A stretch of DNA of 64,000 bases from Promethearchaeota archaeon (GCA_008080735.1 SHMW01000005.1:1-64000); one strand, 5' to 3'. Numbered from the stretch's first letter, positions 8,153-18,053 are shown. Made by a program: numbers and translations. Notes: generated by a model from the sequence alone, not told the origin.

Positions 8153-8933
8153 GATAACTATTGAACCCGTAGGAAATGACATTCGAATTGATTTGGAACG
8201 TCGTAAAAACGCTGTAGCATTCACAGTATTGCATCAGGAAGCGGAGTTGTATGACTTTTTGCGTGAAAATACTGTTCGTGATGAAGAAAGCGAATGGAAA
8301 CTGAAGTCTAATAGGTATCCTTCAGTGAACATGAAAACAAAGACTATCTATCTATTAGGGACCGATATAGGTAGAGACTCTGATCTTGTATTGCGAACTT
8401 TTGACACGGAAGCAGAAGCTAATGCTTTTGTCGATGCATTTTCGCGTCTTTGCGATAAAGCCGTGGATGAGTGTTTCAATGATGTTGATGACGACGAATA
8501 CGATTTCACTCCTGAGAATACCAAGACTCAAGCAAATGAAGAAGGCTCCAAGAATGCGTACCGAATCCTTATCGAAGCGATTGACAAAGCCGAATCGACT
8601 GGTGATGGCAAGCATACTCTAATGGAGCTTCATCGTTTGATGACAGGTCTTCGTGGTCCCGACTTTGAAGACGTGAAGTCAAAGGATGCCAAGGGTGCCA
8701 AGGGTGCCAAGGGTGCTAAAGGCACAAAGTCCGATACCGCTTGGGGCACCACGACCAATGTTCGTCACGCAATATACACCAAGGGCCAAGCGAAGAAGCT
8801 TGTCCTTAGTGGATATAAGGAATGGCCAGCCCAACGAGTTTGGGAACCCAAGCTGCCTATTGAAACCGCTAATAAGCATTTCAATGAGCATATTGGTCAG
8901 GCTGTTCAGGTACTTAACAAAGCGTTTAAGTAA
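8145..8933 (+). CDS. hypothetical protein, GC-richer than neighbours, with internal AKG repeats
   Basis: GGAG RBS; followed by a strong terminator. Confidence 0.7.
   Translation: MAKITIEPVGNDIRIDLERRKNAVAFTVLHQEAELYDFLRENTVRDEESEWKLKSNRYPSVNMKTKTIYLLGTDIGRDSDLVLRTFDTEAEANAFVDAFSRLCDKAVDECFNDVDDDEYDFTPENTKTQANEEGSKNAYRILIEAIDKAESTGDGKHTLMELHRLMTGLRGPDFEDVKSKDAKGAKGAKGAKGTKSDTAWGTTTNVRHAIYTKGQAKKLVLSGYKEWPAQRVWEPKLPIETANKHFNEHIGQAVQVLNKAFK
8688..8723 (+). repeat. in-frame 9-bp tandem repeat (gccaagggt x3 plus one degenerate copy)
   Basis: Read directly from sequence. Confidence 0.9.
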
Positions 8934-8959
8934 ATTTTAACTTAGAGTTGCGTATATAT

Positions 8960-8993
8960 AGACCCCGGAGTAAATTCCGGGGTCTTTTTTTTT
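8960..8993 (+). terminator. Rho-independent terminator
   Basis: agaccccggag-taaa-ttccggggtct followed by a T run. Confidence 0.9.
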
Positions 8994-9008
8994 ATATAAT
9001 TATTGGTA

Positions 9009-9860
9009 ATGTTTATGAATAATTTATTGCAAATAGCAAAATGTGATAGAAAAAAATACAAATGGAAGGAATTTTTTAAGAAATGTAACGAGTCTCATAA
9101 AGAAATACGAGAAATAATTGGAGGACATACATCTTTCTGCTCTATTACTAACGAAGATTTTTCTTTATCAACTATTGAAAAAAACGCCTTGTCAATAGCC
9201 AGAAAAATTAGTTATAAATTACCTAAATATTTGTATTCTTACAAGATACAAATCGAACAGATGATTAAGCCCACTATTACTATAGATAACAGAACGTACA
9301 AAACAACCAAACATATTTCTCAGTATTGTATTAGAAATAATATTGACAAATCTATTATAAGTAAAGAGCTGGCAGAGCTTGGTAAACTTTGGGCAATAGC
9401 AAAATCTAGCAAGATCACAGCTAATTGTTGGATAAGCGTTCATCCAATTGCTTTTATTATGCTGGGTCACTATGATGTAGATTCCGCAAGCTGCTTTAGA
9501 AGCGATAGACATAATACCGCTTGTAAATATAAATTAGGCTTATTGAAAAATAGTTTTATTCTAGTAATTAGTCAGAACAGCAACAAAAGTATGTTTAAAA
9601 TAGAACAAAAGTCTAATATAGTTCGGATTAATGGAATACTTAAGAACGATTATGTTCATTATTTTAGTCCATATAGTGTAATTAGCACAAATCTTTTGCC
9701 AAGTGTGTTAAAAGAACTAACATCTAAAGTATTTGACAATATTAACAATTCAAGCATTAGTATTAGTAAATTTTATATGACTGGTGCTACCTATAGCCAT
9801 TATCCAACTTGGTCTTTTGGACCACATCAAATGGAAATAACAGAAAAGGTTGTTGTTTAA
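9009..9860 (+). CDS. SCFR-motif family protein, paralog 1
   Basis: ISVHPIAFIMLGHYDVDSASCFR. Confidence 0.7.
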   Translation: MFMNNLLQIAKCDRKKYKWKEFFKKCNESHKEIREIIGGHTSFCSITNEDFSLSTIEKNALSIARKISYKLPKYLYSYKIQIEQMIKPTITIDNRTYKTTKHISQYCIRNNIDKSIISKELAELGKLWAIAKSSKITANCWISVHPIAFIMLGHYDVDSASCFRSDRHNTACKYKLGLLKNSFILVISQNSNKSMFKIEQKSNIVRINGILKNDYVHYFSPYSVISTNLLPSVLKELTSKVFDNINNSSISISKFYMTGATYSHYPTWSFGPHQMEITEKVVV

Positions 9861-10900
9861 TGAAATACCAATTGAGTTATAAAGATTATATAAAATTTAT
9901 CAATAATTTTAGTCATGCTATATCTGGTGGATGGTATCCGGACTATTCCGATTGGGTTAATCGTGTTTTATGCAATCATCAGCATTTATATGATCGACTT
10001 GGCGGATTAACCAAGACTTTTAAAGTACAACTTGAAGAAGAATATATAGTTCCAGATGTGTCAACAATCGATAAGTATTATTGTATAATATCAAAAAATT
10101 TACCTCACTGTATCAAAGAGGGGAAATTACAAAGGAAAAATTTCTTATATCCTTTTCTCAGTAGTGAAAATGGATGTAAGTGGACAGGAAGGTTGACAAA
10201 ACGATTGGCCAACGGTTTACAACGAGAACCAAACATTTCGCCAAAAGCAGCTTTTGAAGTTCAACATGCTATATCTGAACTTGGCAAGATATTTAAAAAC
10301 CACCAAATAAGTAAAGATAAATGGTTCGATCTGACTATTTCGGCCGATCCAAGAATGTTTTTAACACTTGGTACGTATGGTGTTGATTCTGGCAGTTGTT
10401 TCCGACAATCTTCCTGTAATCCACACCACAAAAGTTATTTAGGAATAATGCCAAACAGTTTTATTGTAGTTTTATCGGAATCTATGGGCGAAAATTATTC
10501 TGTTCCATTCCCTAAAGATGTTTTAGGAAGGTGTTTCTGTTTGCCGTCTAGATATAATGATAACTTATTACACACTTTGAATTTTGTTAATATTTATGTT
10601 AGAAAAAACATGAATCAATCTATTATGATTGGTTCTATGAAAAAGATTTATGATATATTGAATAAAGATAAAAATATTGCTGTACACAAGAATTGTGTTA
10701 CCATTGAAAACCACACTATGTGGCTTTATCTTAATAACGAGCAATACACTTTGACACCAAAGGATTTCGTTTTTAAGAAAGTAGTTATAACTAATAAATA
10801 CGATTCTAATTTTCCTAATAAATTAATATATTGCGACAACTGTAGGTCGTACCAAGATAAAAAAATCGGATGTAATCAAAATAAAGAGTGCCGCAAATGA
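9860..10900 (+). CDS. SCFR-motif family protein, paralog 2 (C-terminal Cys cluster)
   Basis: ISADPRMFLTLGTYGVDSGSCFR. Confidence 0.7.
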   Translation: MKYQLSYKDYIKFINNFSHAISGGWYPDYSDWVNRVLCNHQHLYDRLGGLTKTFKVQLEEEYIVPDVSTIDKYYCIISKNLPHCIKEGKLQRKNFLYPFLSSENGCKWTGRLTKRLANGLQREPNISPKAAFEVQHAISELGKIFKNHQISKDKWFDLTISADPRMFLTLGTYGVDSGSCFRQSSCNPHHKSYLGIMPNSFIVVLSESMGENYSVPFPKDVLGRCFCLPSRYNDNLLHTLNFVNIYVRKNMNQSIMIGSMKKIYDILNKDKNIAVHKNCVTIENHTMWLYLNNEQYTLTPKDFVFKKVVITNKYDSNFPNKLIYCDNCRSYQDKKIGCNQNKECRK

Positions 10901-11757
10901 AAGACGTATTAATAGATTGGTTTTACTATACACCAAAAGATGTTTTAGAAAAATTTGCCAGCTTAGACAACTCTATATCGCACGGCGAGTATAAAGAAAG
11001 GTTTGTTTTTATTCCTGGATCTAGACAAGACCGTGTGTTATTAGTCGCACATGCTGATACTGTCTTTAATAGAATGAAACCAAAAATTAAGTTTGAAAAT
11101 GGCGTATTTTCATCTGAATTAAAAAATTGTGGAATTGGTGCCGACGATCGTGCAGGATGTGCAATAGTTTGGGCTTTAAAAGATTTGGGACATTCTATTT
11201 TTATAGCAGACGGTGAAGAATCAGGATGTGTAGCAAGTAATTATGCCTCGTCTATACCAGAAATCAACGACATGTTGCAAGACCATCAGTTCATGATAGA
11301 ATTTGACAGACGAGGTAGTAACGATTTGGTTTTTTATGATGTTGGTACTAAAGAATTTAAATCGTGGTGCCAGCATCAATTCGATGGATATAAAACAAAC
11401 ACTGGAAGTTTTACAGACATTTCTGTGTTAGCAAAGAAAATATGTGGTGTTAATATTAGTATTGGGTATTATTCTCAACATACATCTAGAGAGACACTGG
11501 TATACTCTCAATGGTTAAATACACTTGAAAAAAGTAGAAAGGTTCTGTCTCAAAAAAATATACCTAAGTTTGAACTTAAAAGGTATAAAGATTTTCAAAC
11601 AATAAATCAATACGATCTATCTGTTTCGATATATGAATTAAACACAACATACCAATGCGATTGTTGTAACAGCCTTATAGATAAGTATGAAATAGAAAAC
11701 AACAACAACAGATGTCCGTTATGTTATAATGAAATGGAATGTAAACATGGCAATTAA
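10897..11757 (+). CDS. M28/M20-like Zn metallopeptidase with C-terminal Zn ribbon, copy 1
   Basis: AHADTV, GIGADDRAG, EE, FDRRG, FTD, NISIGY..HT; C-terminal CxxC..CxxC. Confidence 0.8.
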   Translation: MKDVLIDWFYYTPKDVLEKFASLDNSISHGEYKERFVFIPGSRQDRVLLVAHADTVFNRMKPKIKFENGVFSSELKNCGIGADDRAGCAIVWALKDLGHSIFIADGEESGCVASNYASSIPEINDMLQDHQFMIEFDRRGSNDLVFYDVGTKEFKSWCQHQFDGYKTNTGSFTDISVLAKKICGVNISIGYYSQHTSRETLVYSQWLNTLEKSRKVLSQKNIPKFELKRYKDFQTINQYDLSVSIYELNTTYQCDCCNSLIDKYEIENNNNRCPLCYNEMECKHGN

Positions 11758-13117
11758 TTATGATGTTGACAAATTTAAAGAATGGTTTGGTGAGTTTATT
11801 GAAAGACATGGTGGATATGCACCAACCAATTTAACAAAGTGGCTTAATAATTGTGAAGAAAGCCATCAACATATTCGTTCAATTATTGGAGACTATATTT
11901 ATAGTGATAAATTTGAGATTGATAACTCTAAAATGAGTGAGAAAGTTCTTCTAGATCAAGACAAAATTTTACATGAAATAAAAAATAAATATTCTTCATT
12001 CTTGCCATTCGCTGATGTTTCTATTGACGAACTTAGATACTCAGAGATATCTCGTGGTACACATAACGTTATCAAGACATCTAAGCATTTGTTAAGATGT
12101 TTTAAAAAATATTATGGTCAAACAGATAAAAACTTTAGTTCGCTGATATCCCGTTTGGGCCAAACTTGGGTTGATAATGATGACGAAAGTCATGAAGTAC
12201 ATGTCACTATATCTACAACACCTAAATCTTTTGTATTACTAGGTCATTACGGTCCTGATCGTGATAGTTGTTTTAGACAGGGTTCTGATCATACTTCTGA
12301 TAAATTTGTATTAGGTCAAACTCAGGATACATTTATTGGAACAGTTGCAAAATATGACCCTGTTCGTGAGAGATATAGGAATGTTGCTAGAATGTTGGGA
12401 TACTTCGATCGTTTGAAAAAAATTTATACATTATTTAATTTGTATAAGCGACCCAATATAACTGAATCTTCTGCCTTGGAATGTATCAAACGAACAATAG
12501 AGTCATTGCCAAATCATAAAAAGTTGAAATTTATAGACGAAAGAAAAGTAGTACTATATAAAAATCCTGATAAATTCTACATTAATGAATACGGTGGATG
12601 GTTTTTATCATCAGATTTTTCAAACAGTTCATCGTCTTCTATCTCTATTCCATGGTACATCAAAGGAATAAAATCAGAAGAATGTCATGTTTGTGGTAAA
12701 GAATTACCATATAGGCGAATTGAAGAGTTGATAGTTGTTGATGATAAATATTGTTGTTCAGAATGTGCTCGAAAAGCTAATACATGTGAACATACTGGAC
12801 AACTAACTTTTAATGATTTGGTGGCGGTTTTCTTGGACATGCCACATCCTAATTTTATAAATGTTAGTGCTAGAGTTGCTCGTGAGTTTAAAGATAGATA
12901 CAGATTGGCAGAATGCCAAAACTGTGGTTCTTTACATAGGAAATCTACGACTAATTATTGTGATAATTGTGTAGACGACGTTATTGATTATTGTGACGAA
13001 TGTGGAGTTACCATTAATATTAAAAACGACAAACATTATTCAAATGGTACAGAAGTGTTGTGTTTGGATTGTTATAAAAATTATATTCCTGATGACATGG
13101 AGCTAATTAATGAGTAA
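11747..13117 (+). CDS. SCFR-motif family protein, paralog 3, with multiple C-terminal Zn fingers
   Basis: ISTTPKSFVLLGHYGPDRDSCFR plus about seven CxxC motifs. Confidence 0.7.
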   Translation: MAINYDVDKFKEWFGEFIERHGGYAPTNLTKWLNNCEESHQHIRSIIGDYIYSDKFEIDNSKMSEKVLLDQDKILHEIKNKYSSFLPFADVSIDELRYSEISRGTHNVIKTSKHLLRCFKKYYGQTDKNFSSLISRLGQTWVDNDDESHEVHVTISTTPKSFVLLGHYGPDRDSCFRQGSDHTSDKFVLGQTQDTFIGTVAKYDPVRERYRNVARMLGYFDRLKKIYTLFNLYKRPNITESSALECIKRTIESLPNHKKLKFIDERKVVLYKNPDKFYINEYGGWFLSSDFSNSSSSSISIPWYIKGIKSEECHVCGKELPYRRIEELIVVDDKYCCSECARKANTCEHTGQLTFNDLVAVFLDMPHPNFINVSARVAREFKDRYRLAECQNCGSLHRKSTTNYCDNCVDDVIDYCDECGVTINIKNDKHYSNGTEVLCLDCYKNYIPDDMELINE

Positions 13118-13991
13118 AATTGCCAAAGACATGATGTCGTGGATGACAATGAACCGTAACGATGTTATGAATAAGTTTCATAACATTAATGGTGCTTTTA
13201 GAGACTTTAAGGATGAAGAAAAAGATTTTGTATACATCGAAGGATCTAGAAAAGATCCTGTGTTATTGATTGCACACGCTGATACCGTTTGGGATAATAA
13301 TAAAAAGACGGTATCTCCCAAGTTAAAAAATGGAATTATTTATTCTGAAAACGACATTGGTATAGGTGCTGATGATCGTGCTGGATGCTGGATTCTTTGG
13401 CAGTTACGAAAGCTAGGGCATTCAATTCTCATAACATCTGGAGAAGAAAAGGGTTGTAAAACCAGTCGATGGATGGAAGCAGATGACGAATACTGGAAAG
13501 AAGAGTTGCAGAAGCATCAATTCGCCGTTCAATTTGACAGAAAGGGTTATAAAGATATAGTATGCTACGATGTTGGTACAGACGATTTTATGGATTATGT
13601 AGCTAATAAGTCGGGATATAAATCTGTAAGAGGAAGTAATACGGATGTCGCAGTTATTTGTGACGACATCTGCGGGGTGAATATTAGTACTGGTTATTAT
13701 GATGAGCATACTGAAAACGAACGACTGGTTGTTGATCATACATTGAATACAATGATAATGGCAAAACACTGGTTATCAGAAGATAAAATACCAAAATTCA
13801 AATTCAAATTCTCAGACAAACACAATCCCAAATATACTAATAACAATTCGTACACTGGATATACTGCTACAACTGGTAAGTACAAAAAATTTAGCGATCT
13901 GATAGAATGTCCCAGTTGTAAGAGCGATATAGAGTTTTCGTTATTAATAGAAAACATGTTAGAATGTCCTAGTTGTGGAAATATCTTATGA
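13110..13991 (+). CDS. M28/M20-like Zn metallopeptidase with C-terminal Zn ribbon, copy 2
   Basis: AHADTV, GIGADDRAG, EE, FDRKG, NISTGY..HT; CPSC..CPSC. Confidence 0.8.
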   Translation: MSKIAKDMMSWMTMNRNDVMNKFHNINGAFRDFKDEEKDFVYIEGSRKDPVLLIAHADTVWDNNKKTVSPKLKNGIIYSENDIGIGADDRAGCWILWQLRKLGHSILITSGEEKGCKTSRWMEADDEYWKEELQKHQFAVQFDRKGYKDIVCYDVGTDDFMDYVANKSGYKSVRGSNTDVAVICDDICGVNISTGYYDEHTENERLVVDHTLNTMIMAKHWLSEDKIPKFKFKFSDKHNPKYTNNNSYTGYTATTGKYKKFSDLIECPSCKSDIEFSLLIENMLECPSCGNIL

Positions 13992-14413
13992 TAAAAACAA
14001 CGTATATGGCTAGTAATAATACAAACATGGTATATACCAACCCTTATGTTTATAAGATAGAAAATGGTTTTAGATGGTCTATTTTCCCTGATGTAAATTC
14101 TAAATGTCTGATACTACAAATTGTTTCTAAAGAATCTAGCGAAACAGCACTGCATAAGTGGCTTAACGCTATTTTCAACAGATTAACCAACGAAAGTATT
14201 AACATCTATAATTTAATAAGCTTTAAGAAGGATGCAAATGGATGCTATTGCTACAAATGGATTATTGATTGCGATAAATCACCTATATCTCTTGGTGAAT
14301 TTAAGTATGATTCTATGATTGCTAAATATAATATTATCAATTGTAAAAACATTGTTCAGTTTCCCAATAATATTAGTCTTACCAAAGCAAAGAAACTTGC
14401 TAAAAAACTTTAA
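13973..14413 (+). CDS. hypothetical protein
   Basis: ORF. Confidence 0.55.
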   Translation: MWKYLMIKTTYMASNNTNMVYTNPYVYKIENGFRWSIFPDVNSKCLILQIVSKESSETALHKWLNAIFNRLTNESINIYNLISFKKDANGCYCYKWIIDCDKSPISLGEFKYDSMIAKYNIINCKNIVQFPNNISLTKAKKLAKKL

Positions 14414-14425
14414 TGGAGCTTTGTT

Positions 14426-15691
14426 ATGAACGTTGTCACAAGATTTGCACCAAGTCCAACTGGAAAAGGTTTGCATATAGGTGGTTTAAGAACCGCGTTA
14501 TATAATTACTTATGGGCTATGAAAAACAAAGGACAATTTTTAATAAGGGTGGATGATACAGACGAAAAACGATCTAATGAAGAATCTTTGGCCGATATTA
14601 TTGATTCATTGTCTTGGTGTGGCATTAAACCTAGTAAGAAAATCAATTACTTTCAGTCTAAGAAAAAGGAAAGCTATCGTTTTTACGCCAATGCACTTGT
14701 GAATATGAACAAAGCTTATGTAGAAAATGGCTGTGTTAAGCTATCGGTCAAAAAACTTATTGAAAACGAGATTTACGATTCGTGTTTTGATATCATAGAT
14801 GGGGTACTTGGCCCTGTTAGGTTTAATAAAAACCAAATAGAAGACTTTGTTATATTAAAACAAGATGGAAATGCCACTTATAATTTTGCTACGGTATTAG
14901 ATGATAAATTTATGAATGTTAATTATGTTATGCGTGGTCAAGAACACTTGATAAATACTGTAAAACAAAAAATACTACATGTATGTTTGAAGATGGAGCC
15001 GCCAAACTACATACACATGCCTGTAATACTTAATCAAGATGGTTCAAAAATGAGCAAACGTCAAGAGTCAGACATGATTAATGTATCTGACTTTAGAAAA
15101 GCTGGTTATTTACCAGAAGCTATTGTGCATTTTGTTTCTTTGTTGGGGTGGACTCCAAAGAATAACAAGCCATTGTTAAAGCTAAGCGATATGGTTGAAC
15201 AATTTGATTTTAGAAAAATTCGAAAGACCAATCCAAGATTTGACATTAAACAATTAGGTAAAATAAACAAAAGATGGATGTCTAACGAGACTGTGATTAG
15301 TATTAAATATAAAATTAAAAAAACACTTGGTGAAATAAATCATGATAAGATTGATATTATTTATCCACATGTTATAAACAAATGCAAAACCATTAATGAT
15401 TTTATAGAAAATTATAAATCTGTTAATATAAATCAAAAGCCCGTTATCAAAGACGAAAGTTCAAGAAAAGAGCTTTCTAACTTAGGACAGTTATTAGCGA
15501 CAATAGATATGTGGGATCGTGAAAATATTATAGAAGTCATTAAGTCGTATAGTGAATTATCTAATAGGAGTATGTTCGATATTGCAAACAATATTCGTAA
15601 AAATTTAACACATACTAAATATATACCTCCTATTGATGTTTTTCTTTGTGCTTTAGGTCGTCAACAGTCTTTAAATCTATTAAAGGTATAA
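14426..15691 (+). CDS. gltX: glutamyl-tRNA synthetase
   Basis: RFAPSPTG, HIGG, RVDDTD, TYNFA, RGQEH, KMSKR, LLGW and a C-terminal helical domain. Confidence 0.9.
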   Translation: MNVVTRFAPSPTGKGLHIGGLRTALYNYLWAMKNKGQFLIRVDDTDEKRSNEESLADIIDSLSWCGIKPSKKINYFQSKKKESYRFYANALVNMNKAYVENGCVKLSVKKLIENEIYDSCFDIIDGVLGPVRFNKNQIEDFVILKQDGNATYNFATVLDDKFMNVNYVMRGQEHLINTVKQKILHVCLKMEPPNYIHMPVILNQDGSKMSKRQESDMINVSDFRKAGYLPEAIVHFVSLLGWTPKNNKPLLKLSDMVEQFDFRKIRKTNPRFDIKQLGKINKRWMSNETVISIKYKIKKTLGEINHDKIDIIYPHVINKCKTINDFIENYKSVNINQKPVIKDESSRKELSNLGQLLATIDMWDRENIIEVIKSYSELSNRSMFDIANNIRKNLTHTKYIPPIDVFLCALGRQQSLNLLKV

Positions 15692-15694
15692 TAT

Positions 15695-16726
15695 ATGCAA
15701 AACGCTTTAACATTTGATGATGTCTCACTTGTTCCTCAATATAGTGAAATATCAACTAGATCTGAATGTTGTATAAAAACTAATCTGACAAAAAATATAC
15801 AACTTAATAGTCCAATAGTATCTTCACCAATGGATACTGTGACAGAAGTAGACATGGCTACTGCTATCGCAGAACAAGGTGGAATCGGTTTTATTCACAG
15901 GTTTGTTAGTCCATCAGTGCAATCTGAAATGGTGCGTAATGTTTCAGACAAAGGATTGTTGGTCGGTGCTGCAATAGGTGTAAGAGATTATGCAAAGCGT
16001 ATAGACTTATTGGTTAAAGCTGGTATATCTGTTTTAATGATTGATGTGGCACATGGACATCATAAAGCCGTTGGAGATACAATAAGTAGCATAAAAAATC
16101 TCTATAATGTTGATGTAATTGCCGGAAATGTCTGCACTTATGACGGATCAAGATATATTATAGATTCTGGTGCAGATTGTATTAGATGCGGCGTTGGATC
16201 TGGACACAGTTGTTCAACAAGACAGAAGGCCGCTGTTGGTGTTCCACAACTGACAGCAATAAGCAATGCTTATAAAGCCAAGATAGATTCTAAAAGTGAA
16301 CTGTGCATAATGGCAGACGGAGGTGTTAGATATCCAGCCGACGTAGCAAAAGCAATAGCGTTTGGAGCTGATACAGTAATGTTGGGATACCTGCTATCTG
16401 GAACAGACGAATCTCCTGGAGATTTTCACACCGGAAATAACTGGCCTGTTTATGATAAATATAAAATATATAGAGGAAGTGCGTCTGTTGACAGCAAGAC
16501 TGCTAGAAATGAATCAAGTCATGTAGAGGGTGTTTCGATGATGGTTCCACACAAAGGTAGTGCTATTGATATTATTAATGGAATTCATGATGGATTAAGA
16601 TCATGCTTATCTTATATGGGATTCAAAAAGATTTCTGATTTTAGAAACAAACCTTGGTCATATTGTCAAACAACATATTCTGGACAAATAGAAGCTACGC
16701 CTTATGGGTTAAACAAATGTACATAA
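15695..16726 (+). CDS. IMP dehydrogenase/GMP reductase family enzyme without CBS domain; GMP-reductase-like flap
   Basis: TFDDV, SSPMDTVT, IDVAHGH, AGNV, GVGSGHSCSTR (catalytic Cys), ADGG, YRGSAS. Confidence 0.88.
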   Translation: MQNALTFDDVSLVPQYSEISTRSECCIKTNLTKNIQLNSPIVSSPMDTVTEVDMATAIAEQGGIGFIHRFVSPSVQSEMVRNVSDKGLLVGAAIGVRDYAKRIDLLVKAGISVLMIDVAHGHHKAVGDTISSIKNLYNVDVIAGNVCTYDGSRYIIDSGADCIRCGVGSGHSCSTRQKAAVGVPQLTAISNAYKAKIDSKSELCIMADGGVRYPADVAKAIAFGADTVMLGYLLSGTDESPGDFHTGNNWPVYDKYKIYRGSASVDSKTARNESSHVEGVSMMVPHKGSAIDIINGIHDGLRSCLSYMGFKKISDFRNKPWSYCQTTYSGQIEATPYGLNKCT

Positions 16727-17199
16727 CCATACAAAATGGCAAAGAGCTAGACAAAACAGAAAATATTATGCCCGGATGTTATAAAGCTACTGACGGGCAT
16801 TTTTATAGAGATGTAAGTGACAACAGATGGTTGTCTAGACGTGAATACGAAAAAATAAAATCAAATAAAAATTCTAAAAAACAATCTACAGCGGCAAAAT
16901 GTGATATCACAGATATATCAACATTTTCCAAAATGTTTATTCATAATGATTACAATTTAAATGTTGTGGATTTGCACAAAGGTTTGTTGTACAAAGTTCT
17001 AACGGTCAATTCTGGTTCTTTAGAATTTAAAAAGATATTTCAAATGTCTAATAAAATAATAAATGCATTTGAGTTGTCTAAAGTAAAGAAAGTAGATAGT
17101 ATAATAGTTCAATTATCATCAAACCGTGTGTATCTAACAGAAGATATAAACGGCAAACAGTTTACTTATGTTAAGGAATTAGCTGATGAAGCAGGTTAA
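16717..17199 (+). CDS. hypothetical protein, N-terminus related to 17186..17659
   Basis: GCYKATDGHFYRDVSDNRWLSRR. Confidence 0.55.
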   Translation: MYITIQNGKELDKTENIMPGCYKATDGHFYRDVSDNRWLSRREYEKIKSNKNSKKQSTAAKCDITDISTFSKMFIHNDYNLNVVDLHKGLLYKVLTVNSGSLEFKKIFQMSNKIINAFELSKVKKVDSIIVQLSSNRVYLTEDINGKQFTYVKELADEAG

Positions 17200-17659
17200 G
17201 ATAGGAACAGCAGGTTCTTTTAAAAACCAAGATGGATTTTTCCAGAAAGATAACGATCCTAGATGGTTATCTAAAAGACGAGATAATAGCGAATTTAAAT
17301 ATAAAAATTATAATAACCACCATGGATGCTTGTATACCCATCAAAATTATAATAAATCTTATACTAATTATAATAACAACACTATACCAAATATTGCTGC
17401 TGCAAAACGTGTTAACATGGCCTTGGGTTTGACTAAAAGAGAAATAGCTAATAGTATTACATATTCATATATGACTAAAAAGAATTTTAAGACACAGGAA
17501 TATAATATGGTTAGCGTTGTTAAGGATGAGGTTTGGCCGGGAATTAAAAAGGGATCACACTTTGCTAAGATAACGCTAGATCATAATGAAAAGACTGTAA
17601 TTTTCTTTAGAAATAAAGATGGCAATCCTGCTATATTGTTTAAAAATGCCATATTATAA
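17186..17659 (+). CDS. hypothetical protein, N-terminus related to 16717..17199
   Basis: GSFKNQDGFFQKDNDPRWLSKRR. Confidence 0.55.
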   Translation: MKQVKIGTAGSFKNQDGFFQKDNDPRWLSKRRDNSEFKYKNYNNHHGCLYTHQNYNKSYTNYNNNTIPNIAAAKRVNMALGLTKREIANSITYSYMTKKNFKTQEYNMVSVVKDEVWPGIKKGSHFAKITLDHNEKTVIFFRNKDGNPAILFKNAIL

Positions 17660-18053
17660 TAAAATTAACACAAAAATACAAAAACGATGTGTTAAAATTG
17701 CCAAGTCTTTAGTTGATATGCCAAATGGGAAAAATAAACATTTCTCGTTTATATTTAGAAGAACAAAGTTATTATCAATAGGATGGAATAATTATGAAAA
17801 AACCCACCCTATGACGGTAGAGTATGGCTACAGAGGTCGAACAATCCATTCTGAGATGATGGCGTTGTTAAATATTCGTAGAATCGAAAGATTTACTAAT
17901 TGTTATTTGGTTAACGTAAGAATTAATTCAAAATACGAGTTAAGGATGTCAAAACCATGTTTAAATTGTGTTAAATTACTAAAAAGCCACGGTATAATAG
18001 ATATTTATTACACAAACCACTTAGGAAAATTTGAGTATGTCAGATACAGATAA
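17646..18053 (+). CDS. Zn-dependent cytidine/dCMP deaminase-fold protein
   Basis: SIGWN, IHSE (HxE), SKPCLNC (PCxxC). Confidence 0.8.
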   Translation: MPYYNKINTKIQKRCVKIAKSLVDMPNGKNKHFSFIFRRTKLLSIGWNNYEKTHPMTVEYGYRGRTIHSEMMALLNIRRIERFTNCYLVNVRINSKYELRMSKPCLNCVKLLKSHGIIDIYYTNHLGKFEYVRYR

